Assembly: GCA_963817525.1 (NCBI GenBank)
Contig: CAWFOU010000001.1
Span: 832,001-896,000 of the forward strand
Reading direction: 5' to 3'
Origin: an uncultured archaeon
Lineage (GTDB): Archaea; Thermoproteota; Nitrososphaeria; Nitrososphaerales; Gagatemarchaeaceae
DNA length: 64,000 nt
Part shown: piece by piece, positions 47,819-56,981 of the stretch
How the letters are laid out: each line of letters opens with the position of its first letter
Position numbering within the stretch: the stretch's first letter is position 1
Translations under genes and position numbers: made by a program
Notes under the pieces: generated by a model
The model's database searches: none
What the model saw: the letters and a program-made list of their open reading frames with translations, nothing else
Told to the model about the DNA's origin: nothing

Positions 47819-49660
47819 ATGAAGGTGGCGATAATCACGCGGGACTATCCGCCCGCGATAGGCGGAATCGCCACCCACGTCGAGGGGCTGGTCAAGGCAC
47901 TGAGGAGGCTCGGCGTCGAGGCCGACCTCTACGTGGGGAGGCACGACGTGAGGACCCTCCTCCTCCCCTTCGACATCCCGCTCAAGGAGTACGACGTCGT
48001 CCACGTCCAGAGCCTCCCCTACGGGGCGTTTGTCTGCGGTGTCCCCCTCGTCGTAACCGTTCACTCCCCCGTTCTGGAGGAGTTCGGCCACTACAGGAAG
48101 ACCCTCAAGCTCGAGTCCGTGCCGGCCATAGCCCTGGAAAAGGCGTCGCTCTCGAGGGCCAGAGCTGTCCTCGCGGTCAGCGGCGAGAGCCGCGCGGAGC
48201 TCGTGAGCAGGTACGGGGTGCGCCATGAGAGGGTCCAGGTCATAGGAAACGGCGTAGATAGCGAAAGGTTCTCGGGGCGGAGGGATCCCGACGCGGCGGC
48301 GGCGCGGAGGGTGCTCGTTGTCTCGAGGCTAGAGCCCCGCAAGAACGTGAGGGAGGCAATAGGGGCCGTCGCTGAGCTGCCTGAGGGGACTTGCAACCTG
48401 GAGATAGCGGGGGACGGGTCGGAGAGGGAGGCGCTGGTCGAGCTGGCGAAGAACATCGGCGCGGGCGACTCTGTCCACTTCCTCGGCAGGGTCGACGGGG
48501 CGTCCCTCCCCGAGGTGTACGCGCGGTCCGCAATCTTCCTGACCACCAGCGAATCGGAGGGGTTCGGGCTGTCCCTACTCGAGGCGATGGCTTGTGTTGT
48601 GAGGGGTACGCTCGTATCCACCAGTAACGGCGCCATGCCCATCGAGAACATCAGGAAGGGGACACTAGTCTTGACTCACTCAGGCAGGTATAGACCCGTC
48701 CTTCAGACCTTTGTCGGGATTCGGGGCGGAGTAATGTATGTGATCGAGACTTCGCATGGGCGCTTATGTATTACGCCGACCCATAAGTTCCTGACAAGAA
48801 GTGGCTGGATGTCCGCCGAATCTCTATACTTCGCTTGCAAGTCTGAGCATGCAGCAGAGAGGGTACATCGCCGGCTTCTTCGATGGAGAGAGTCATATGA
48901 CAATAAACATAGTAAGGCAAACGAAGACTTCGAGGCACCTAGGGACCGGGCTTGGAATCCGGCCGATGATAGAGGTCGCTCAGAACTCTCGGCGTCAGGA
49001 AGTTCTTTACTGGATAAAAGGAAAGCTCGGAGGCCGCGTCGTGCCGGATTTACCTCGACACGAATCAAGATTGGTAATCGGGGGCAGACGCTCGGTAGGT
49101 CCCATCTTAGAGACATTATTGCCACTGCTGATTTGCAAGAGGAACGTCGCGATGCTAGTTCTGGAGGTCTGCAACAGGAGGTTGTCATTCGTCCAGAATA
49201 TGCCGGAGGATTGGATTTGGTTTATCGACAAGGCGATCCAGGTGCGAATGATAAATTCGGAATTCAGCCCGGAGCGGCTTCAGAAGGGTGTCGGGAGGCT
49301 GAATGGATTGAAATCGGAAGTATTGAACCGATACAGTATGTCGGGCAAATATTCGATCTCTCCGTAGCAGCAGACAACTCATACGTAGCGAACGGCCTGA
49401 CGGTCCACAACTCCGGCTGCGCGTGCGTGGCATCTGACCTCCCTACCCACAGGGGCCTTATCGAGCATGGCGTGAACGGGATGATATACCGAAATCGGGG
49501 GGAGCTTGTCGCCTGCCTGAAGGAACTCCTATCCTCGCCGGCGAAGGTAGAGAGGCTAGGTGCGGCCGCTAGCCGGGTGGCGAGCGGGCTCACCTGGGAG
49601 AAGGTAGCAATGAAGGTAACTGGGGCCTACGAGAGTGTCCTGCAACGCCCGAAGCCCTGA
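47819..49660 (+). CDS. GT4 glycosyltransferase interrupted by an intein
   Basis: MKVAIITRDYPPAIGGI, VVTVH, VIGNGVD, SRLEPRKN, EGFGLSLLEAMA|intein|SGCACVASD, TWEKVA. Confidence 0.92.
   Translation: MKVAIITRDYPPAIGGIATHVEGLVKALRRLGVEADLYVGRHDVRTLLLPFDIPLKEYDVVHVQSLPYGAFVCGVPLVVTVHSPVLEEFGHYRKTLKLESVPAIALEKASLSRARAVLAVSGESRAELVSRYGVRHERVQVIGNGVDSERFSGRRDPDAAAARRVLVVSRLEPRKNVREAIGAVAELPEGTCNLEIAGDGSEREALVELAKNIGAGDSVHFLGRVDGASLPEVYARSAIFLTTSESEGFGLSLLEAMACVVRGTLVSTSNGAMPIENIRKGTLVLTHSGRYRPVLQTFVGIRGGVMYVIETSHGRLCITPTHKFLTRSGWMSAESLYFACKSEHAAERVHRRLLRWRESYDNKHSKANEDFEAPRDRAWNPADDRGRSELSASGSSLLDKRKARRPRRAGFTSTRIKIGNRGQTLGRSHLRDIIATADLQEERRDASSGGLQQEVVIRPEYAGGLDLVYRQGDPGANDKFGIQPGAASEGCREAEWIEIGSIEPIQYVGQIFDLSVAADNSYVANGLTVHNSGCACVASDLPTHRGLIEHGVNGMIYRNRGELVACLKELLSSPAKVERLGAAASRVASGLTWEKVAMKVTGAYESVLQRPKP
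48593..49411 (+). mobile_element. Intein (273 aa), class 1, with no in-frame endonuclease
   Basis: Block A C1-VVRGTLVST, block B LCITPTHKFLT (TxxH), block F IFDLSV..NSYVANG, block G LTVHN followed by Ser+1. Removing it restores EAMASG. Sampled lines are ~50% GC versus ~67% in the N-extein. Confidence 0.95.
48801..49367 (+). CDS. Single-motif LAGLIDADG homing endonuclease overprinted in the +1 frame of the intein (start GTG 48801 or ATG 48849)
   Basis: YIAGFFDGE helix, IEVAQ, VLYWIKGKLGG and LLPLLICKRNVA follow the order and spacing of I-CreI-type motifs (LAGFVDGDG, FQVTQ, LQPFLKLKQKQA). Confidence 0.85.
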   Translation: MAGCPPNLYTSLASLSMQQRGYIAGFFDGESHMTINIVRQTKTSRHLGTGLGIRPMIEVAQNSRRQEVLYWIKGKLGGRVVPDLPRHESRLVIGGRRSVGPILETLLPLLICKRNVAMLVLEVCNRRLSFVQNMPEDWIWFIDKAIQVRMINSEFSPERLQKGVGRLNGLKSEVLNRYSMSGKYSISP

Positions 49661-49714
49661 GCCGTGCAGCTTCAAAAGGTCGGCGGGACAACCGTATGAC
49701 GGTCGCATACTGAG

Positions 49715-50947
49715 ATGGGCGAGACTACGAAGCCGCTTCATGACTGGGTGCTCTACGTCACGAACCACTTCACCCATCTTGTCGTCGAGGCGCAGGCGGC
49801 TTCTCCGAGATACCACCTCGCGAGAAAGCTCTCGGAGAAGGGGCAGAAGCTGCTGGTATACTGCCCCATCGGGCGTCATGTTGGGAGTCCTCTCCGCGAC
49901 TTTGTCATCAACCTCTGCCCCAAAAGAATCGTTTCTGGCTACACGGTATACCTCTTCCCACCCGTGATCGTCAGCCCTTCGAGCGCGACCACTCCCTTGA
50001 CTCTGATCATGGGAAGCCTCTTCATCCTTGCCTACCTCACGCTCACGCGAATCAAGGTCGCAGCTCAATACAGCACGACGATTCTCGTGGGGTCAGTGGC
50101 GGCGGTGGTGAGGATGAGAAAGAAGATTCCGCTCGTGGCGAACTACGGTGACCCCGACTTCGCAAGGGAACGCGGGCTAGCAAGACAGGGCTTCAAGTTC
50201 TGCGAAGACCTAGTCATGACCAGACGAAACGCCTTCGCCATGGTCTACGTTGACGAAGTCGTGGGCGAGTACATCAAGGGCAACTTCCCCGTCGAGAGGA
50301 CGCTCTTCCTTCCGAATGGTGGATACGAGGCCGGCTTTGTCCCTCCAATGCCTGATTCTTCGGGCGTTGTCTCGCTGAGAAAGAAGCTTGGATTGGAGGG
50401 CAAGTCAGTGATACTCTATGCAGGTCAGCTGACCGCGGTCTATCGCCTCGACATCCTGGTCTCGGCCGCGCCTTCCATAATCTCGCGGGTTCCAACCGCG
50501 AAGTTTGTGATAATCGGTAGCGGGCCTACCTCCAGAACGCTGAAGCTAGCTGTAAAAGAAGCCCATCTCGAAGACTATTTCGACTTCACTGGCGCCGTTC
50601 CCTACGATGAGCTCAGCCCCTTTCTCGTCCTCTCTGACCTTTGCGTTCAGCTGCTAGACGACTGGTGCATGGGCACCAAGGTCGTGATGTACATGGTCCA
50701 TAGGCGGCCGGTTATCTCAAGCGGCGGCTGGTTCCATAGGTACGGAAGGTTTCTCCGAAACGGAGAGAACTCGATTCTGATCCCTCCTAGCGTCGAGGCC
50801 TTTGGTGAGGAGGCGGTCAAAGCTCTACAGGATCCCTTGCGAAGGGCCAAAATCGGGGAATCGGCCTGGACTACGGTCCACCGATACACTTGGGACGAGC
50901 ACGCGGAAGAGACTCTGAAGCTGCTCCACGCTTCGATTCTCGGCTAG
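49715..50947 (+). CDS. GT4-family glycosyltransferase
   Basis: LPNG, ILYAGQL, FVIIGSGP, FTGAVPYDEL, GTKVVMYM..RPVIS, YTWD. Confidence 0.85.
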   Translation: MGETTKPLHDWVLYVTNHFTHLVVEAQAASPRYHLARKLSEKGQKLLVYCPIGRHVGSPLRDFVINLCPKRIVSGYTVYLFPPVIVSPSSATTPLTLIMGSLFILAYLTLTRIKVAAQYSTTILVGSVAAVVRMRKKIPLVANYGDPDFARERGLARQGFKFCEDLVMTRRNAFAMVYVDEVVGEYIKGNFPVERTLFLPNGGYEAGFVPPMPDSSGVVSLRKKLGLEGKSVILYAGQLTAVYRLDILVSAAPSIISRVPTAKFVIIGSGPTSRTLKLAVKEAHLEDYFDFTGAVPYDELSPFLVLSDLCVQLLDDWCMGTKVVMYMVHRRPVISSGGWFHRYGRFLRNGENSILIPPSVEAFGEEAVKALQDPLRRAKIGESAWTTVHRYTWDEHAEETLKLLHASILG

Positions 50948-51711
50948 TCGCCACTCGCGGCTGTTTCCTGCTTCTGCGCAATGCACCAAGTCATCATGTA
51001 GTTCATGGAGTCCGTGTAGCCATAGATTCCCAGGCGCTCCGCCTCTGCTTTGGTGACAGGGCTCGTCCCCTCCGGACCCTTATCCGAATGGTTGTAAGTG
51101 AGGCGGAGGACTTCGGCGTTACCCCACCCGTCGGACGAGATGACCTTGAAATGCTCGAAGAGCGACTTGAATCCATCCGGAGAGAACCGGTAGTAGTCGC
51201 CGTAGTTCCCGCCATGGTGTATCGGGTAGATGAACACGGATGTGCAGACGCAGATGCCGTTGGGCTTGAGGACCCTCCGGACTTCATCCACGGCTCTCCA
51301 CGGATGCTGGAGATGCTCCACAATCTGATCGAGGACGATGATGTCGTACGAGTCGTGGGCATAGGGGAGCTTCTCCGCGTCAATCCGCGGATAGTCAGGC
51401 GCGACCTGGACCGTCGCGCCGAAGGATTCCAACATCTTTACGATGGTGCCCTCGCTGCCGCCGATTTCAGTGGCCACTTTTCCCCTGAAAAATTCAGGGC
51501 CAAGGCTGTTTGAAAGAGTCGAAAAGATCGCGTTATACATCGGGATCCTCAACCAGTTTACTGATGCGTTCATTCCGGACGTGCCAGCGTTCTTGCTACC
51601 CATGGTTGCCTTGTGCCTTGGGATCGGCGTGAGTTGAAACTCGAGCCCCATCTTCTCGAACGCGGCCTGCAGAGCTTTGTTTATCCTGAAGAGCGAGTCC
51701 TTGGTGCTCAT
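50944..51711 (-). CDS. Class I SAM-dependent methyltransferase
   Basis: EIGGSEG, DAEKLPY..DSYD, VEHL, RVLKPNG, DYYRFS. Confidence 0.85.
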   Translation of the reverse strand: MSTKDSLFRINKALQAAFEKMGLEFQLTPIPRHKATMGSKNAGTSGMNASVNWLRIPMYNAIFSTLSNSLGPEFFRGKVATEIGGSEGTIVKMLESFGATVQVAPDYPRIDAEKLPYAHDSYDIIVLDQIVEHLQHPWRAVDEVRRVLKPNGICVCTSVFIYPIHHGGNYGDYYRFSPDGFKSLFEHFKVISSDGWGNAEVLRLTYNHSDKGPEGTSPVTKAEAERLGIYGYTDSMNYMMTWCIAQKQETAASGD

Positions 51712-51844
51712 GACCGATATTCTTCCGGGGGACGTTTCACGGTATTAAGTTATTGACATTGCCGCGAGTGGGCTGAGCCCGTAAAGAGTATGCGTCATTG
51801 TACAACACCCAATTAATGGTCTGCCGAACCCTCTGGCGAGAGCG

Positions 51845-52672
51845 TTGCTTGACAGGGCCTCGTTGGTGAGGAGGCACTACGCCAATTGGCCCTACATCAT
51901 CTCTACCTCCGCGCTGGGAAAGACGCCCTCCAGGTTCGTCTTGCGAGACGGAAGAGTGTTGGAGTTCACGGAGGCCGAGAAGCGCTTCGAGTTCGCGAAC
52001 TTCGCCAGACTTCTGGACGCCGGGTGGCGAGTCGAGGACGTCGACGACATCCACATGACCATGAAGAAGGACGTGATGATGAAGATACGATATCGAGAGC
52101 CCCCCGACATATTCAGCATGAGAGAGGTCTTTTTGGACCAGGTGTACTCCTGCGATTGCGCGGGAAAGGTCGTTCTTGACGTAGGCATGTTCAACGGCGA
52201 CTCCTCGGTCTTCTTCGCTTCCCGAGGCGCAAGCAAGGTGGTGGGCGTCGAGCCTTTTCCCGATTCCGTCGAGCTGGCGCGCGAGAACATAAGGCTAAAC
52301 GGAATGGAAAGCAGGATCGAAGCCAAGAGCGCGGCCATCGACACCGCCACAGGTACCGGGATGCTCTCAGTTCGCAAAGGCGAGGTGAACTTCTGCAGAT
52401 TGGACTCCCCGGGGGACGACATGGTGCATGTTGCCACGATTGGCATCGACGATGAAATCAGGAATCAGTCGGTCGACATCGTAAAGATGGATTGCGAGGG
52501 TTGCGAGTACCGGGTGCTGGGCGCCATCAGCAAAAGGTCGCTCTCTCGGCTAAGCGAGATCATACTCGAATTCCACAACGGGGCGTCCGGAGTGAGCGAG
52601 ATGTTACGAGACAATGGCTTCAAGCTAACCTTCGAAGACAGGCAGATAGGCATCCTCAGAGCCAAGCGATGA
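51845..52672 (+). CDS. FkbM-family methyltransferase
   Basis: VLDVGMFNGDS, GVEP, VKMDCEGCE, ILEFH. Confidence 0.88.
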   Translation: MLDRASLVRRHYANWPYIISTSALGKTPSRFVLRDGRVLEFTEAEKRFEFANFARLLDAGWRVEDVDDIHMTMKKDVMMKIRYREPPDIFSMREVFLDQVYSCDCAGKVVLDVGMFNGDSSVFFASRGASKVVGVEPFPDSVELARENIRLNGMESRIEAKSAAIDTATGTGMLSVRKGEVNFCRLDSPGDDMVHVATIGIDDEIRNQSVDIVKMDCEGCEYRVLGAISKRSLSRLSEIILEFHNGASGVSEMLRDNGFKLTFEDRQIGILRAKR

Positions 52673-52691
52673 CTACCAGCTCAGGACAGCG

Positions 52692-53942
52692 TCAACTGCG
52701 ATTCGCTTCCCGAAGGACTTTTGAATAAATCTCTTCGAGCCTTTCGCCTGCGGATTCCATGGTGTATCGCCTCGAAAGCGCAAGCCCTTCGCTTCCCTTC
52801 TGCTCGAGGTATCCCGGACGACGCAGCCGCTCAAGGAGGGTAAGGCCACCCTGTTCAGGCCTAACGTCGACAAGAAAACCACCTAGCTGCTCCGTCGAGT
52901 CGCGGTTGTTCCGCTTGAATGCCGCCACAGGCCTGTTACACGCGAACGCTTCGATCGTTGCAAGGCCTTCGTTAAGCTTCTCCAACCTGTAGGGGACGAA
53001 GACAAGGTCGCAAGCCGAGTAGTACAGCGGGAGCTGCTCGTGAGGAATCTTCCCGAGCAGTAGCACCTTTGTCTCAAGTCCGGCCGCCTTGACATACTGC
53101 CTGAATTCCTCCGCTCCTATCCCGAACCCGACCAGATGCAACATGATGTCTTCGCCACCATCCTCGATTGCCCGTCCCACTATGTCCACCATGAGGTAAG
53201 GGTCCTTTGCGAAGAGCATCGAGTGCCTCCTAGGAATGTAGCTGACACTCAGGATGTTCTTCATGCGCGGGTCGAACCCGAGCTTCCTCTGCGCCTCGCT
53301 CTTTTCCGACTCGTGAAAGACCGCGCTGTCCACGATTGGGGTATCGAAAAGCTCCTGTTTCGTTCTGGGCACAGCCAAGGCGGACACGAGCGCCCTGATC
53401 TCCGAGTCGTATTCGCCCAGAAGGACCGCGCGAGATGCCTTGAGAGCGGGGATGAGGGAAAGCCTCCAGACCAACCTCTGTGGGTTGTCGTCAGGGAGCG
53501 CTCCGCCCGTGTATTGAACCACGGTCGGAATTCGCCACCCAGCGAGAAAGGCTGGAACGAAGAAAGACGAATAATAGCTCGAGTAGTGCAGCAATTGTGT
53601 AGAGTCCCTTTCCGCCTCAGCCATCAGGTTCAGGGTAAAAGGCGGCCCCAGCGCTTGCCCAAAGACAGTCGTGTAACCAGCCTCATACGACCGCGCGGGC
53701 AGGAGCGTCCTGGGTGCCAAGAGCCTGTTGTAGACCGGTATTCTCTTGACCTCGTGCCCGAATTTGTGGACGTAGGTTTCCGTCTTCGACACGCCTATCG
53801 AGGGGATGTAGACGACGCCCTTGTGCCCCCTCCTGCGGATGGCGAGGCAATATTGGTCGAGATACGACTCCCATTCGAGCACCTTCTCCCAAGGCGAAAA
53901 CCGCCCGTCGAGCAATTCCGTGACAACGAACCCGACATTCAA
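52692..53942 (-). CDS. GT4-family glycosyltransferase
   Basis: LGKIPHEQLPLYYSACDLVFVP, NEGLATIEAFACNRPV. Confidence 0.85.
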   Translation of the reverse strand: MNVGFVVTELLDGRFSPWEKVLEWESYLDQYCLAIRRRGHKGVVYIPSIGVSKTETYVHKFGHEVKRIPVYNRLLAPRTLLPARSYEAGYTTVFGQALGPPFTLNLMAEAERDSTQLLHYSSYYSSFFVPAFLAGWRIPTVVQYTGGALPDDNPQRLVWRLSLIPALKASRAVLLGEYDSEIRALVSALAVPRTKQELFDTPIVDSAVFHESEKSEAQRKLGFDPRMKNILSVSYIPRRHSMLFAKDPYLMVDIVGRAIEDGGEDIMLHLVGFGIGAEEFRQYVKAAGLETKVLLLGKIPHEQLPLYYSACDLVFVPYRLEKLNEGLATIEAFACNRPVAAFKRNNRDSTEQLGGFLVDVRPEQGGLTLLERLRRPGYLEQKGSEGLALSRRYTMESAGERLEEIYSKVLREANRS

Positions 53943-54037
53943 AGCCGAATTGGAGCGTCACGCCCTCCAACCCTATTTAGAGGTGAAGATTACCTCGGAA
54001 AGGCTAAAGCCTCCGCCTTCCCGAAGCGCCTCGCGCT

Positions 54038-55038
54038 TTGGTCAGCTCGAGCCTGGAGGGCGCTAGAATCGCCGTGACTGGTGGGGCGGGCTTCATCGGC
54101 AGCCACCTGTGCGATAGGATCATCCAGGAGAAGCCGTCCAGACTCATAGTCGTCGACGACTTTTCCCTGGGGAAGCAGAGGAATGTCAGGCTCTTCGCGG
54201 GCAACCGCAACGTGAGAATCTACCGGACAGACGCGGCCGACTACCCAACGATGGACAGAATTCTGGAGAAGGAGCGGATAGACGTGGCATTTGACCTCGC
54301 GGTCATACCCCTGCCAAAATCTCTCGAGCTGCCCATGGAGACGGTCGAGACCAACGTCAAGCTGACGACCACTCTGTGTGAGCTCCTGCGAAAGAAGAGG
54401 TTCAAGACCTTGGTGCACTGCTCATCCTCAGAGGCCTACGGGAACGCGCTTCACGTCCCGATGGACGAGAGCCATCCACAGCTTCCGCTCACTCCTTATG
54501 CCGCGAGCAAGATCGCAGGGGACCACATCGCAATCTCATACGACAGGGCCTTCGACCTCGACATCGCCATCGCCAGACCCTTCAACACCTACGGCCCTCG
54601 GCAGAACGAGTTCTCGTATGCGGGGGTCATCCCCCGAACCATAATGAAGATGATGCGCGGCGAGCCGCCGGAAATCTTCGGTGACGGTCACCAGACGAGG
54701 GACTTCTCGTATGTCGGGGACATGATAGAGGGGATAATCGCCGTCTTCGAGACCCATTCGACAAGGGGGCGAGTCGTGAACATCGCGAGCGGGAAAGAGG
54801 TAAGGATCAAGAAATCATCGAGACAATCGCCGAATGCACGGATTACCACGGCGACATCGTCTACAAACCTTCAAGACCGGGCGACGTGGTTAGGCACAGA
54901 GCGGATATCTCGCTCGCAAAAAGTCTCTTTGGCTACACCCCGAAGACCGGGCTCGAGGAGGGGCTCAAGAGGACGGTCGATTGGTATAGAGAGGAGTCGA
55001 AGGCAACCGGAGGGGAAAAGCGGCGACGCGCCGCCTAG
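54038..55038 (+). CDS. NAD-dependent nucleotide-sugar epimerase/dehydratase; apparent 1-nt frameshift at ~54811
   Basis: VTGGAGFIGSH, SSSEAYG, YAASK, RPFNTYGP, GDGHQTRDF. The C-terminus RPGDVVRHRADISLAKSLFGYTPKTGLEEGLKRTVDWY is in the adjacent frame, ending at TAG 55038. Confidence 0.88.
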
Positions 55039-56939
55039 GTCAGCACGCCTATCCCGTCCGAAGGTTTTTGGACCCTCGCCTCTTCGATGTACAACCTGTA
55101 CCACATTACAAATGTGACGAGCGCGAACAGCTTGCTCGAGTTGAGATAAGGGTCCTGTATGAGTGACCTTACCTCATCCCTGTCGAGAAGACCGGTGTAA
55201 CCTTTCGAGACCACCGGGTCCAGGATTTGAGGCACTATCTCCTTCCACTCTTTTTGCATCCATGACTCAATCGGAGCGCCGAAGCCCTGCTTCTTTCGCG
55301 TAGCAATCTCGCGTGGAATCAGGCCTTTCTTCACCGCCATCCTCTTGAAGATGTACTTGGTCATCCTCCCGTTCATCTTCATCCTCGACGGGATTGTCGC
55401 GACCAAATCTGCGAGCCGCTGGTCGAGGAGCGGACACCGCGCTTCCAGTGAAACTGCCATCGACATCCTGTCCACCTTCACGAGGATGTCCTCCTCAAGG
55501 TACGACCTCACCGTGGCATAGTCCACCCTGTCGAGGCCGTCTTGGCTGGGACAATTCGCCATCAACTCCCTCACGTAAGAGTATGTGTCAACCGGCTTGT
55601 GCCGGGCTAGGTGGCTCTTCGCATACAAGCGCTCCAAACCCGTGGAATCGTGCAGAGTGACGCGCATGACAAAGCGGTCGGCGTGAGACTGGCTACCGTA
55701 GTCCTTCTCATAGGCGTGCCTGGCCATCCGCTTGAACTGCTTGTCGACTGGAAGGCGCGTCATGGCCTTGAGGGCGGGTCGCCTCAGCGGTGCTGGCACC
55801 TTCGAGTAGATGGGATACGAGCGGGGGTCGAGGAGGAACGGATAGCCCATAAAAAGCTCGTCTCCCCCGTCGCCGCTGAGCGCGACAGTCACCTCTTGCC
55901 TGGTGACCTCGGAGAGGTAATACGTGGGAATCATTGAGTGGTCGGCGAAAGGCTCGTCGAAGTGCCAGATCAGCTTTGGGAGGATCTTGTATGCCTCGGG
56001 CGTCACCGTGTGCTCGTGGTGGTCGGTCTTCAGGAAGTCCGCGACCTTTTGGGCGTGGGCGGTCTCGCTGGTCTCGTTCTGGAAGCCAATGCAGATCGTC
56101 TTGACGGGGACGTCGGAGAGCTTGCTCATGAAGGCGACCACGGTGCTCGAGTCGATTCCCCCCGACAGGAATGCGCCAAGCGGGACGTCGCTCCTCATCC
56201 TAATCTTCACGGCCTCCTCGATTGAAGAATACAGGAGGTCTATCGCCGCTTCCTCGGTCAACGAGCGGTCAGGCCTCATAGCAAAATCCCAAAACCGGTG
56301 CGTCGAAAGCCTGCCCTTTTCGTAGACTCCATATGTGGCCGGAGGGAGCTTCCGGATGTCCCTGAAGATTGACAGCGGAGAAGGCACGTACATGTATGTG
56401 AAGTAATAGTCCAGCGCGGCGTAGTCCAACGACCTTCCGATGGTCTCGTAGCGCAGTATGGACTTCAATTCGGACGCGAAGAGGAACACGCCACCCACAA
56501 TCGCGTAGTAGAGCGGCTTCTTTCCGAACCGGTCCCTGGCGACCAAGAGCCTCCTCTGGTTCGCGTCCCAGAGGGCAAACGCGAACATACCCCTGAGGTG
56601 GGTGACCAAGTCGTCGCCCCAGGCCTCGTAGGCGTGGACGAGCGTCTCCGTGTCGGAGGCCGTGTAGAACCGATGCCCCAGTCTCTCCCACTCTGCTTTG
56701 AGCTCCAGGTAATTGTAGATCTCCCCGTTAAAAACGACCCAGACCGAGCCGTCCTCGTTGTGGATGGGCTGGTCTCCCGTCGCGAGGTCTATCATCTTGA
56801 GCCTGTCTATCCCCAGACCCACGCCGTCATCGATGTAGTAGTCGGTCTGGTCAGGCCCTCGGTGCCTTATCGCGTCGCACATCGACCTCAGCAGAGACTT
56901 GTCGGAGAGCCCGACAAATCCGCAGATGCCGCAGCCCAT
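55035..56939 (-). CDS. asnB: Asparagine synthase (glutamine-hydrolysing)-like amidotransferase
   Basis: CGICG, HRGPD, FNGEIYN, ARDRFGKKPLYY, LSGGIDSS, LSGDGGDELF, KVDRMSMA, KQGF; probably a glycan amidotransferase given its context. Confidence 0.93.
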   Translation of the reverse strand: MGCGICGFVGLSDKSLLRSMCDAIRHRGPDQTDYYIDDGVGLGIDRLKMIDLATGDQPIHNEDGSVWVVFNGEIYNYLELKAEWERLGHRFYTASDTETLVHAYEAWGDDLVTHLRGMFAFALWDANQRRLLVARDRFGKKPLYYAIVGGVFLFASELKSILRYETIGRSLDYAALDYYFTYMYVPSPLSIFRDIRKLPPATYGVYEKGRLSTHRFWDFAMRPDRSLTEEAAIDLLYSSIEEAVKIRMRSDVPLGAFLSGGIDSSTVVAFMSKLSDVPVKTICIGFQNETSETAHAQKVADFLKTDHHEHTVTPEAYKILPKLIWHFDEPFADHSMIPTYYLSEVTRQEVTVALSGDGGDELFMGYPFLLDPRSYPIYSKVPAPLRRPALKAMTRLPVDKQFKRMARHAYEKDYGSQSHADRFVMRVTLHDSTGLERLYAKSHLARHKPVDTYSYVRELMANCPSQDGLDRVDYATVRSYLEEDILVKVDRMSMAVSLEARCPLLDQRLADLVATIPSRMKMNGRMTKYIFKRMAVKKGLIPREIATRKKQGFGAPIESWMQKEWKEIVPQILDPVVSKGYTGLLDRDEVRSLIQDPYLNSSKLFALVTFVMWYRLYIEEARVQKPSDGIGVLT

Positions 56940-56981
56940 CGAGAACTCGACCCGGGAGTTACTTATGAAGGTGCTGGGATT

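Noticed and set aside
48593-49411. Insertion interpreted as an RNA intron carrying the LAGLIDADG gene
   Set aside because: The insert is an exact 273 codons with complete protein-splicing blocks at both ends. I found no convincing BHB or group I boundaries, although a nested intron was not excluded computationally.
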